From contig JBFWQY010000013.1 of the NCBI GenBank assembly GCA_050249195.1, positions 24,293 through 88,292 of the forward strand: a stretch of DNA of 64,000 nt, given 5' to 3'. Each line of letters begins with the position of its first letter. Positions within the stretch are counted from its first letter, which is position 1. Both the position numbers and the translations under genes were made by a program. Origin of the DNA: Bdellovibrionales bacterium. GTDB lineage: Bacteria > Bdellovibrionota > Bdellovibrionia > Bdellovibrionales > UBA1609. Of the stretch, positions 55,401 to 63,927 are shown piece by piece. The notes under the pieces were generated by a model. It was not told where the DNA came from, did no database searches, and saw only the letters and a program-made list of their open reading frames with translations.

Positions 55401-58326
55401 CCTGAAATCCGCCAGGAGCATTTGGAATCCATTTAAATCTGATAGTGCCAACGCGAGGGTTGATATTTCCATCAGGGCCTGCAGTGAACGCTTGAATCCG
55501 AGTACCGCCCGAAGAGCCTGATGTGGTGGTGAGTTTTCCGGGATTCGCAGTGATATTGCCGCCGCCTAAGAAGAAAAATCGCTCATCGCCTTTTGAAATC
55601 AAAGCCTCAAGAAGAACGCCGACACCCGTAAAGTCACAGCGAAGGAGTTCATTGTTGTTGAATGGATCAGGGACCGTTCTGACTAGAGTATTGAGAGAAA
55701 CGACTAATTGGGGCTGATTGATGCCGCCTTCTGTAGTTCCAAAGGTAATATCAAAACCAGCGGTTTCACTTCCGACAATGTTCAAAGATGAAGAATCAAT
55801 TGATGATAATGCCTCAAGAAACCCAATTAACCCTGCTGCATTGGTGCCCGCAGGAATATTGGTTGTTTCATTCCCGTCATGACTTAGACGGTAAAATCCC
55901 CCGGTCGGAACCGCACTGAATATCAGGCGCTGAACTTCATTGACTTGGTTGATGATTGTAACGGAGGCTGTCTTGGATTTGTCACACTGAAGGCGATAGG
56001 CTCCATCCGTGTCGTGGTTTGCATTCGTGAGAGGATCATTGACCTTCGATGTAGGATCAGCGGGCGGTGTTGTGAGGTCATCGGTGACGGCTGCCTCAAA
56101 ACCGTCTTCAGGCTCAATCGGTGCTCCGCCTCCGCCACTCACAACTGGAGTTGCTGATCCTCCGCCTTTAGCTCCGAACCTTACGATGTTCGATTCAGAA
56201 ATAGCGAGAATGGTTCCGGCTCCGCCTGCGCCATTATCTTGAACAACCAAAATACCAATCGGTAAATTGTCCCCAAGATCTGGATCAGTGGCCGCTCCCT
56301 CAGTCGCACCGTCATTTGTCGGTAAGATAACGACCAATTCATTGTTATCATCAAGTGCAAGACCGTATTTGAAAAAGCGATTGGGAGCGGATGGTGTATA
56401 GGGGGTGAAGTTTGCTCCCCCGCCAGTGACGACACCCATTGCAAAGTTCGCTGTACCTCCAGCATAAACGACAACTTCCCCATTATTTGTCAGTGCAAAT
56501 TTGCTGGAGTCAGCGGCTAGAATTTGTGCCGGATCAATGATGACAGCAAAATTGTTGGGATTGTTAGGTCGTACCTTTAAGAGCTTTCTCGATAGAGTTT
56601 CATCGTAAGCTTCGTTGAGACTGGAATTCACGACGATGGGTGTGGTGTCCGCCTTCTTATAAACTGAGCCAAGAGCTGTCAGCTGATCACGGGCGGCCCT
56701 GTGATCGCCGAACTCGTTCACTTCTGTAAGAATCTGTCCGCCGTGTCTTGTGATCTTGAATGACTCGCCAGGATCGTTGTTGTCGGTGTCAAGATCGATT
56801 GAAAGTAGGCTTGCGGGCAAAGAGATATTTGTGCCGAAGAGATTTAAATTTCCATTCTCAAGAAGCTCAAAGAGGGTTTGTAGTCCACCATTCTTGCTGA
56901 CCCTGAAGGTTTCTCCCGTAACAAGATTGTCGGTATCGAGATCAATATTAAAGATAGGATTTTTAGCGAGGATATTTCCAAACAACCAGAGGTTTCCCGA
57001 TTCCAGGATTCGGAAGATTTCATTTAAGGGCGCTACAGAGTTGTTATAGAACTGATAGCCATGACCAGTTCCGTTGTTGTCGCTATCGATCAAGAAGATC
57101 ATGTCGGTCAGCGATTGAAGTTTCGCATTGAACGTGACCACGTCGACGTTGATGTCGTCACCAAGGGTGGAGCTTCCCTTAATATTTTGATCGCCTTCTA
57201 CAACAATCGTAGATTGGAAAATTGAACTGACGGCTGCAATGCTTTGAAAATATGCGTTTCCGTGAGCATCTATAAATGCAATAGGATTTCCCATTGCATT
57301 TCGAAGTCTCCACTTGATTCCTTGGATGCCAGATCCACCAGAAGACTGAAACAGCGTATGGGAAACAGGCACATCCGGCGAATCTTCATCACTCGCATTG
57401 ACCTGGGTATCAAGCTGAACTCCAGGCACGATTTGCTTTGTGGCAATTCTCTCTGGCGTTATCAAAGTGTGAGTGCCGTCAACGGAGCTGTGCTCCTCGA
57501 AAAAGAGAGAAACGAGACTTGGGAAACTCACTGCATGATTGTTGACATCGGTTTCATCAAAAGAACTGGGGGTGTTGCCAGAACCTGCACCAGTGACAAT
57601 GCCAAGAAATAGAATGTTGTTGTCGAGGCGCAGATCAGTGTTTCGCCTGATTGTCGGTCCTTTCAGGAACACCTGATAATCCGAAGGATCCGTTGAGATA
57701 TTGCCGAGGGTTTGACCGAGAGCCGTGAGTGTCTCGATTTTGTTATTTACTCCATCCCAAATCACAGTCAGCTCTTCAAAAGATTGAGCTTGATTTTGAG
57801 CGCGCTTAAGCCAGACAACGGCTTTTCTACCTGCGTGACTAACGCCAGGTTCACAAACGCTATCAACGATAAGAGTCAGAGTTTCATCACCATCATCAAC
57901 AACAGAGTTTGGATCGGCAACCTCTCCAATCGATTCTTCTTTGAATGTGTACTTTATCTCGCCCGTGCGGACGTTGATTTCTGTTTCGCGGGGAAGATAG
58001 TTGAAGCGAAGTCCGACGTAGTATGGAATCGAGAGTGCATTCTCAAAGGCGATAAGATTCGCATCGATGGGATCAAGAATAAGGTAATTTCCTTGAGCAC
58101 CATCGGTCCCCCGCAGTGGAGACGAAATATCAAACGTGTCGGGCGTGGAAGCCGAAAGGATATTTGAAACAAGAATGTTCGGCTCAAAAACACCATTAAC
58201 CGGGAAGAGCTTTGTAAAGACGTCATGGATCTTCTTTTCGAGAAAATCAAAAAAGTTTTCGGTGATCTGCTGCTGGGTCAGGAACTTTTTAAGGTATATG
58301 TCGACTTTTCGATTACCTGTGGCCAT
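52498..58326 (-). CDS. Giant tail fibre/adhesin (1942 aa) with internal repeats, two LamG/ConA-like domains and a C-terminal receptor-binding-type module
   Basis: Single long ORF downstream of palindrome copy 5. Internal repeats are described in the findings. Confidence 0.8.
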   Translation of the reverse strand: MATGNRKVDIYLKKFLTQQQITENFFDFLEKKIHDVFTKLFPVNGVFEPNILVSNILSASTPDTFDISSPLRGTDGAQGNYLILDPIDANLIAFENALSIPYYVGLRFNYLPRETEINVRTGEIKYTFKEESIGEVADPNSVVDDGDETLTLIVDSVCEPGVSHAGRKAVVWLKRAQNQAQSFEELTVIWDGVNNKIETLTALGQTLGNISTDPSDYQVFLKGPTIRRNTDLRLDNNILFLGIVTGAGSGNTPSSFDETDVNNHAVSFPSLVSLFFEEHSSVDGTHTLITPERIATKQIVPGVQLDTQVNASDEDSPDVPVSHTLFQSSGGSGIQGIKWRLRNAMGNPIAFIDAHGNAYFQSIAAVSSIFQSTIVVEGDQNIKGSSTLGDDINVDVVTFNAKLQSLTDMIFLIDSDNNGTGHGYQFYNNSVAPLNEIFRILESGNLWLFGNILAKNPIFNIDLDTDNLVTGETFRVSKNGGLQTLFELLENGNLNLFGTNISLPASLLSIDLDTDNNDPGESFKITRHGGQILTEVNEFGDHRAARDQLTALGSVYKKADTTPIVVNSSLNEAYDETLSRKLLKVRPNNPNNFAVIIDPAQILAADSSKFALTNNGEVVVYAGGTANFAMGVVTGGGANFTPYTPSAPNRFFKYGLALDDNNELVVILPTNDGATEGAATDPDLGDNLPIGILVVQDNGAGGAGTILAISESNIVRFGAKGGGSATPVVSGGGGAPIEPEDGFEAAVTDDLTTPPADPTSKVNDPLTNANHDTDGAYRLQCDKSKTASVTIINQVNEVQRLIFSAVPTGGFYRLSHDGNETTNIPAGTNAAGLIGFLEALSSIDSSSLNIVGSETAGFDITFGTTEGGINQPQLVVSLNTLVRTVPDPFNNNELLRCDFTGVGVLLEALISKGDERFFFLGGGNITANPGKLTTTSGSSGGTRIQAFTAGPDGNINPRVGTIRFKWIPNAPGGFQVLFEAREPAAENALTLQRQPSGALTYQAFDSVGFTNINSNFGIPSVTPGVECEVEFSYDFVSGAQRLFVNGVQVGSTHTGTISRSASYTVSANFVLGSDGNGNFSGNFQFDDLQIFKTIQHTANFTGEIPRVLSTVDETFRDTFVNASTNADFAAGAPARVLTGGATISSNRLNVPGGGGRAQYANFGQGLNDDIGTIRFKWIPDFSGFPVTNKSWFGAKDTGNQSEITLRLLATTGIVQVTSVDSSNNIFNTNFGNFPTIVNGQTYEIEFDYDYVTNVQRFFVNGLLIGSAAVNLTSDQNFLFFNSTMSLGSKHDATESMSGSYDDLQLFRTVKHTANFPAEVPRVPGQDVVTPSISTLTDGVPGDHKITPSGVPSFTLQVGDIVYWPGVVRTVNQTVQNGGDDLNNTTQRGIAGDFNFTGQKINKIVIKGFRDGNPVGNVVVKLVHSISGLPSTNPLDVIASMTIPASSFGLGVTAFSLNVQNQSLSGLKFLVFEADTTYISGFVSGNVIRILRDSSGSGQARYIYDGSVWSLADSTSVLFYELFEQVTAPEFRRITIIQGPTDYVIDTPFSQVFTVAPIMFSQAVWTKDLVNLGDPTGLLDNLPFSKIFGPRDLLEAVVRYEDSLAANDMFPDLDQASRIAVAGSSSGLVTDLNQPLSSTFSQAVERPVASGTLPKVVFPTSTNNERCFFVFFCSPTSDVVTTAANLLNYKASIYELEGFNNGGYIDSGFIISDSSNANGILGISTVFDVPLSLNVSEVELGFSFVPNLNLGKPNGDLTVIVEGLEIPRYYAGLDPAKTLFYREVGTNRIRFSEDLTTSVVSIHALRRQGTLDTKDQNALRIAAFADVIVGSALDVANGKADFSSIQQAHDFLSTPGKIFLLATTVVGAVVWTKSQLFLEGKGNGSVLNGALTINGNANLFKNLKVTGNVIFNGNKNRATDNWITAASTVTNNGTDNQYSFTDD
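54361..55449 (-). repeat. Tandem duplication of a roughly 150-aa LamG/ConA-like domain inside the giant fibre (copies at 55006-55449 and 54361-54816)
   Basis: Both copies start GTIRFKWIP and end HTANF(T/P)(G/A)E(I/V)PRV. Shared internal motifs: Y/CE(I/V)EF(D/S)YD(Y/F)V...QR(F/L)FVNG. Confidence 0.7.
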
Positions 58327-58350
58327 TCTTTTGCTTTCCTAACAGTTTAT

Positions 58351-58367
58351 GTGATACATTGTATCAC
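58351..58367 (-). promoter_or_regulatory. 17-bp near-palindrome, copy 5 (minus strand GTGATACAATGTATCAC)
   Basis: Lies 24 nt upstream of the giant-fibre ATG at 58326, in the only 68-bp gap within the baseplate-fibre block. Confidence 0.6.
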
Positions 58368-58394
58368 CTTAAATATTTAAACTCACCCCAAAAC

Positions 58395-60239
58395 TCATAA
58401 ATTAAAGCCTGGCAGCACATGCCTTACGTCAATGGGAAGCTCAAGCATCTCGATTTCTCCAGTCTGCATGGTCGTAAGAGCTGTGGTCTTAAACCCGAAC
58501 TTGCCCTTTTCAAAACTTGCATCCCTTAGTGAATGGATCCGATTGCTATCAAAATAGGTCTGGAGCAACGTGTCGTTAGACATAGAGTCAAAACTCGTTT
58601 GAATCGTAAATATATAGGAAGCCTCTGGGACTATATCCACGGGGACCGGGGCTGCGATTTGAATAGAAACTCCGCCCACAGTCTTATGAAGAGAAAGCTG
58701 ACGGTTAATTGTGTCGACCCGGTATTCGTAAAAGTTGTTCAGGTCTTGAACGAAAAATAGAACTGAAAAAACTCCGCCGACGGTAAGAGTGTCATTGGCC
58801 TTTACCTGAAGAACGATGTCTTTAAAATCCTCGTCTCCCAGAACGTCAGTCACAACTATGGAGTTCGGAGCGACTTCCAGCTGCTTATCCACATTGACTA
58901 GGGAGCTTCCGACGAGAGTGACGAAACGCCCACTTCCACTACTAAAATCCTCAAAGAAACTAATGAAGATGGCATTTACTCTTTCAGAGCTTGGCCGCAT
59001 CAAGTTCAGGATTCGAAGCATGAGAATCTTATTCAAATCCCCTTCATCGACAATGCGAACGTCAGAGTAGAATTCATCAAGCCGTTCTTCGATGTATTCA
59101 ATAAAACCTGTGATTGGAACAGTGAGAGTTGGCTGGCTTACTAGGTAAACGTCATTTAAAGAAACTCTTAAGTTATCGATATCTGCAAGCAGGTTGTTCA
59201 CAATGACACCAGAACCACCAATTACAATTTGACTACTATTTGTTAGGTCTCCAAGGGAACTAAGTGGAACAAGAGGAGTTGATTCTGCACCTCCATAGTA
59301 GAGCCTTGCGCCTGCACTTCGATCTATGACGAGGGCAAGATGCCGGACTTGCCCGTCGTCAATGTCGGCAATTGGGATAAGAGTATCGCTGACTATATTC
59401 ACTCCATCATTGAGTTGGAAGGAGATGGAGTTTGCAGCGGGATTGATTGTGATTTCAACTCCTTTGCCGGAGAAATCCTTCTTGTAAAAAACGGTTTTTG
59501 AAACTTGTGAAGTGTCTATTCGTAAAAATAGCTCAATAGTGAAATCGCCACTCAGATTATATTTCGACGTATTTGGAAAAGAGATCACTCCACCTTGGAG
59601 CTTTGCGTATTTGTGACTGCCTTGTGGAAATCCTGTCGGTGGGGTTTGAAAGAAACCAATCGGTCCACTTGATGTCGCATGATTCCCAGTCAGACTTCTG
59701 TCTTTGAGATTTCCTTCGAAAGTTAAAAGACAAACTACATTGTTTGAGGGGTCTTGGCTGGCCTCTACTCCTGGAACAGAAATGAGCCAGGAGTCCTCGC
59801 CCAACTGTTCCTCTCCAAAGGCTTTCTCACCAACGATAAGCCGAAAATCAAACCAGTTAAAAACGCGCACTGATTTTCCAGTAAAGATACGAACAATATC
59901 CTGATATCCAGGCTCAGTTCCTTTTTCATTCCAAATGGGAATTCCAACGGAGATCAGTTTTCTAAGGTCGGCCTCAGTCAAATCCTGAGTGATATTGTTA
60001 AGCTCCTTAGTGAAGCCTACATGATCTTTCAAATAGACCAAAAGGTCGGCTCTGGTTTTAGCCGGATTTTTAATATTCTTTAGCTCTTCACGTTTGGCAG
60101 AAATCTGCTCAAACATCGCCTGCGGTCCAGTCAGAAACCGCTCAAGAAAGTTATCTCCCTGCTCCACATCGAGAAGGCGAAGCGGCCTGTGGAGGAAGGT
60201 GAAAATATCGTGCTGAAAGTTAGGATCAATTTTCGCCAT
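58395..60239 (-). CDS. Baseplate/tail protein (P2 gpI-like position) with a LamG/ConA-like insertion
   Basis: 614 aa and follows the J-like gene. GDFTIELFLRIDTSQ...VRHLALVIDRSAGARLYYGG is Laminin_G_3-like (about 59250-59565). Confidence 0.6.
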   Translation of the reverse strand: MAKIDPNFQHDIFTFLHRPLRLLDVEQGDNFLERFLTGPQAMFEQISAKREELKNIKNPAKTRADLLVYLKDHVGFTKELNNITQDLTEADLRKLISVGIPIWNEKGTEPGYQDIVRIFTGKSVRVFNWFDFRLIVGEKAFGEEQLGEDSWLISVPGVEASQDPSNNVVCLLTFEGNLKDRSLTGNHATSSGPIGFFQTPPTGFPQGSHKYAKLQGGVISFPNTSKYNLSGDFTIELFLRIDTSQVSKTVFYKKDFSGKGVEITINPAANSISFQLNDGVNIVSDTLIPIADIDDGQVRHLALVIDRSAGARLYYGGAESTPLVPLSSLGDLTNSSQIVIGGSGVIVNNLLADIDNLRVSLNDVYLVSQPTLTVPITGFIEYIEERLDEFYSDVRIVDEGDLNKILMLRILNLMRPSSERVNAIFISFFEDFSSGSGRFVTLVGSSLVNVDKQLEVAPNSIVVTDVLGDEDFKDIVLQVKANDTLTVGGVFSVLFFVQDLNNFYEYRVDTINRQLSLHKTVGGVSIQIAAPVPVDIVPEASYIFTIQTSFDSMSNDTLLQTYFDSNRIHSLRDASFEKGKFGFKTTALTTMQTGEIEMLELPIDVRHVLPGFNL

Positions 60240-60242
60240 ATT

Positions 60243-62693
60243 TTAAATCACCACGATGTTGATGTTGCCCGCCAATGGAAGTTCCCTGGTGGTAAGTTGA
60301 ATGTCTGTCGCTGGTTGATTTAAAATCACCTTCTTAATATTGATCGGATCCACGTTCGTGATCTCTGCAATGATCGTGGATCGCGGAATCTCAGAAGCAA
60401 AGGCCCACCGTTTGGTTACACCATCATTGAATGTCGCCTCTGGATTTAGGAGTGCTGACACCGCATTTTTAATAGTCTCAGCGTTACCGCCAGTGACAAT
60501 TGCGTCGATGTTGATAATCCGAGGGGTATAGTTCACAACCGTAACTTCGTGATTCGACAGAATTGTGGGCTTAATTCCCTTTGGCTTGTTGCCGTTGAAG
60601 AAATCTCTCAGCTCTTCCCTTTGTGCTTCGGTCAGAAGGGCACCACCAGGCCCAACGACCACAAGCTCAATGGTCTTCACACCGAAAGTCTCCTCGATAG
60701 CAAGCCCACGAGCTACAATCCGACTTCCGGTGCTTGCGATGAATTTTGTCGCAAGCTCTTCAAAATCCGTTCGAACAATGGCCTGGTTTCTCGTTCTTAC
60801 TGTTGCGGGGCCTTCAATCTTGATCCGGGCAAAATCCTCTGGAGTAGAGCCCTCTTTCACATTGTAACCAATGGCCTGTCGGGGATTAAAAACTCGGTTC
60901 ACAAAGCTAATGGCGCTCTTATTCACAGTGACCGTATTGGCACCGACGTTTCCGTCGATGTCGGCACCGATGCGGTAGATCGCTCTGATATTGTCGATCC
61001 CTGGAGACGGGATTTTGCCACTCTTCGCATCACCGAAACGAACGGTCGCGGTATCATCACCTTTGATTTCAAGTTCGTAGTCTTTGGAGACGGAAGTGGA
61101 GTTAAGAAAGTTCTCGACAAGGTTCCATTTCTGAAAACCTGAACCCTCGTTCACCTCTACAATTAAGGTGCCTTCAATGAGCGGCCTAAATGTTAGTGTG
61201 AACTCTTGCTTCGGAGCGCCGTTCGAACTGCCGAGAGGATCTTCGGCCACGGTCTGTCCTTGAACAATGGGTACAAGTAAGAACTGTTTGCCTGAGTCGA
61301 TTCGAATTTCATCGACGTTGGGGTTAATTGGTGAGGTCACCTTCAAGACGCGAAATCTTAGCCAATGCCCATTCACAGCGTTGATACTGGTCTTAAGCCA
61401 GTTTTGCGATTGATTCTGAGGAAGGGAGTAGACGACCTTTCCGTCTTCCGAGAGAAGACCGGACTCGTCAGTTAGATCACTGACTTCATTCCAGATGGTT
61501 CCGACCACATAGGCTTGCTCATCAATATTTACGACAGCCTGGCCGAGCAAACCGCTTGTGCGAATAATATTTTTTCCCGCGACAAACTGACTCACCACGG
61601 TTTCTGCGGCACCGGATGACGACAGAACTACACGCACCACCGTGTTTCTTCTGTCTTGAGCACCTAGTAGAGTGGTCAGTTCAAACTCAAGGTTGGAGCC
61701 GAGATTTGTGACTACATCGGGCTTCGCATCTTCAAGATTGCCGTCGTAAAACTCCCAAACTCCATCTATACCACTGGCGGAAGTGTTTAAGATAAATTCA
61801 ACCGTGTCCCACATGATGTCCGCGTGCGAGATGTAGAGAATATCTCCGGCCTTCGGGGTATCATCAAAAAGATCAAAAAACACTCCAGGCGTTGAAGCAA
61901 CACCTGCGCGGTTCAGTCCAAAACCTGCATTTTTCACATCAAAATTAGGATTCGGATTGTCCGACGCCGTGACCACAATCTGCTCTACATTTTGAGCAAG
62001 CGGAATTAGAGAAATGGTGTTCACGCCATCGTGAATAGCAAAGATTTTGTCTTTGATGTTTTCAGAAACTGCATTGTTGATGGCGGTAACGAGATTTGTA
62101 AGTGTAGCAGGAATTGTCCCACCCGCAATCCACTCGACGCCAAAGCGGAATTCAACACCAGCGATGGTCACCTTGTCCAAAGGATCAAAGACGTTGGAGA
62201 GGATCTTTATCTTCCCCGCCGTGAAGGTGAAGACTGCCGTGGGTTTGTCAGTCGGGCTAATTGTAAAGCTACTGTTGGTTTCAAAAATGATCTGAGGACT
62301 TTCTTCTGTTTCTACAGTTCCGAACTGTGAGTTCAAGGGGACAATGTTCGTTGGAACAGTAAAGACTTTTGAAAACTCCAATACCTCGTCTGTTTGAGAC
62401 GGCGTTGCCTGTCTAAGTTTCACAGCAATAAGGCTAAGTTCTGACCGAACAGATTCAAGAAGCCTTGCCGTTGCAAAGAATGACTCGGTTGCCTGAATAT
62501 CTAAGAGAACATTATTTAAGTGTCCGACGAGAGCGAAAGCACTTAAAAGTTGAATATAAGGTTCATGCTCATTCTCGTCAGTGATCTCCGGCACATTCTG
62601 CCGTTTGAACTGGATGAGCGCCCGGAAGATTTCGGGATAGTAGAATCCTGAAAAATCAAAGTCCGGTATTTGTATCTCTTTTGCCTCTGCCAT
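60243..62693 (-). CDS. Baseplate J-like protein (gpJ / Mu gp47 / T4 gp6 class)
   Basis: 816 aa. Positioned between the gp25/W-like and I-like genes. The N-terminal region (EITDENEHEPYIQLLSAFALVGHLLN) is typical of Baseplate_J. Confidence 0.7.
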   Translation of the reverse strand: MAEAKEIQIPDFDFSGFYYPEIFRALIQFKRQNVPEITDENEHEPYIQLLSAFALVGHLNNVLLDIQATESFFATARLLESVRSELSLIAVKLRQATPSQTDEVLEFSKVFTVPTNIVPLNSQFGTVETEESPQIIFETNSSFTISPTDKPTAVFTFTAGKIKILSNVFDPLDKVTIAGVEFRFGVEWIAGGTIPATLTNLVTAINNAVSENIKDKIFAIHDGVNTISLIPLAQNVEQIVVTASDNPNPNFDVKNAGFGLNRAGVASTPGVFFDLFDDTPKAGDILYISHADIMWDTVEFILNTSASGIDGVWEFYDGNLEDAKPDVVTNLGSNLEFELTTLLGAQDRRNTVVRVVLSSSGAAETVVSQFVAGKNIIRTSGLLGQAVVNIDEQAYVVGTIWNEVSDLTDESGLLSEDGKVVYSLPQNQSQNWLKTSINAVNGHWLRFRVLKVTSPINPNVDEIRIDSGKQFLLVPIVQGQTVAEDPLGSSNGAPKQEFTLTFRPLIEGTLIVEVNEGSGFQKWNLVENFLNSTSVSKDYELEIKGDDTATVRFGDAKSGKIPSPGIDNIRAIYRIGADIDGNVGANTVTVNKSAISFVNRVFNPRQAIGYNVKEGSTPEDFARIKIEGPATVRTRNQAIVRTDFEELATKFIASTGSRIVARGLAIEETFGVKTIELVVVGPGGALLTEAQREELRDFFNGNKPKGIKPTILSNHEVTVVNYTPRIINIDAIVTGGNAETIKNAVSALLNPEATFNDGVTKRWAFASEIPRSTIIAEITNVDPINIKKVILNQPATDIQLTTRELPLAGNINIVVI

Positions 62694-62696
62694 ATT

Positions 62697-63062
62697 TTAC
62701 CTCGTAAACCTCGGCGTAAACTCTTCAACCTTGTTTGTCTCAATGTCGATGTACTTGATGCTAACTTCGAGTTCGCCCTCAACATCTTCTTTAAAAGTGA
62801 TCGGTTCGTTGGGAATGAGAACTATGCGATCAGAAAGTTGACTTATGATTTTTTCGATTTCTCTTTGCACTTGTGCGCGAGTTGCCACGTCTTTGATTTT
62901 GAAAATTAGATTGCCAATTCCGAGTCTTTGAAATGGGTTGTTGTCGCCACCTTCAGAAAGTGCCAAAAGCAAAATCTTTTTATTCTGCTTGGAGCTGCTG
63001 GATTCGATTGCGGCTCCGCCTGACTTGTCTACTCCAACGGGAATCTTTAAACCTGTGGCCAT
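62697..63062 (-). CDS. Baseplate wedge protein, GPW/gp25-like
   Basis: 121 aa. The size, the position immediately upstream of the J-like gene and the sequence pattern (NPFQRLGIG...EIEKIISQ) fit the gp25 family. Confidence 0.6.
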   Translation of the reverse strand: MATGLKIPVGVDKSGGAAIESSSSKQNKKILLLALSEGGDNNPFQRLGIGNLIFKIKDVATRAQVQREIEKIISQLSDRIVLIPNEPITFKEDVEGELEVSIKYIDIETNKVEEFTPRFTR

Positions 63063-63241
63063 ATCTTCTCCAAAGTACGCTTAATGAGTTTTACTCTTTG
63101 ACGAAATTGCCTCTTCGCGCATTTCGTGCAAAAGAGAAGTTCCTCTCCCGCCTCACTCTTTGCCTTGCGAACCGCATCCTTGGCCTGAAGCCTTACATCG
63201 CAGCGATAACAATTTACGAATCTCACACGCTCCTTATTCAT
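63047..63241 (-). CDS. Small zinc-ribbon protein (64 aa)
   Basis: CYRC...CTKC. Start refined to MNKERVRF (ATGA overlap with the upstream stop). Overlaps the gp25-like start by 16 nt. Confidence 0.3.
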   Translation of the reverse strand: MNKERVRFVNCYRCDVRLQAKDAVRKAKSEAGEELLFCTKCAKRQFRQRVKLIKRTLEKIWPQV

Positions 63242-63927
63242 ACGATCATCCCATTTCCTTGAGACGTTCCAGCGCCTGACCCGCTGCCGGGTGCTGCAGT
63301 TCCCATGACCGAGTCGCCCGTGAACATTGAACTTAAAAGCCAAATGGAAAATTGCTCGATAATGGTTTCTTCGATTGCCTGATTCAAAATGTGAAGCGAT
63401 GCCTTGGGCAAATCAAAGGGAGAACTTAGGCGCGATTCAATTTCCGATTTGATGCTCGCGGGATTCGTGCCTGAACCCAGAGTACCAATTGGTGCAGGAG
63501 GCGTTGCACCTGTGGCGTTAAAAGATCCAGGAGAGAGCGGTGTTGCCGTCGAAGTTCCGAGATATGGGACTGCGCTAAAAACAAAACTTGTCGTCCATAG
63601 ATTAAATTTCTCTTTGAACACATCCTTTAGAACTCCAACATATTGTTCAAAGGCTGGAGCAGAGTAAGTGGTAACCGCAATTTCAAGCGGAGATCCCTCG
63701 GTGATCGTTCCACCTCCACCAGTTCCAATCCAAGCTCCAATGCCGAGACCAGAGACATTGTTTTTCCCGCCAGTGAGACCTGACTGCCAACTGCTCCATT
63801 GAGAGGCCAGTTGGCTCGACAGATCATTTAAGAACTGATTAAAACTTGAATGCCTTGGGGACTGAAAAGGCGGCGTTAGCCTTCCATCGATTCCACTAAA
63901 AATAACTGAAGCGGAAGGTGCAGGCAT
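63238..63927 (-). CDS. Baseplate-module protein of unknown function (229 aa)
   Basis: G/S/T-rich ORF upstream of the gp25-like gene. ATG at 63927; the track's extra first residue is a GTG. Confidence 0.4.
   Translation of the reverse strand: MPAPSASVIFSGIDGRLTPPFQSPRHSSFNQFLNDLSSQLASQWSSWQSGLTGGKNNVSGLGIGAWIGTGGGGTITEGSPLEIAVTTYSAPAFEQYVGVLKDVFKEKFNLWTTSFVFSAVPYLGTSTATPLSPGSFNATGATPPAPIGTLGSGTNPASIKSEIESRLSSPFDLPKASLHILNQAIEETIIEQFSIWLLSSMFTGDSVMGTAAPGSGSGAGTSQGNGMIV

Noticed and set aside
52498-58326. A diversity-generating retroelement or other targeted hypervariation acting on the fibre genes.
   Set aside because: No reverse transcriptase ORF and no template/variable repeat pair with A-specific differences were seen in the window.
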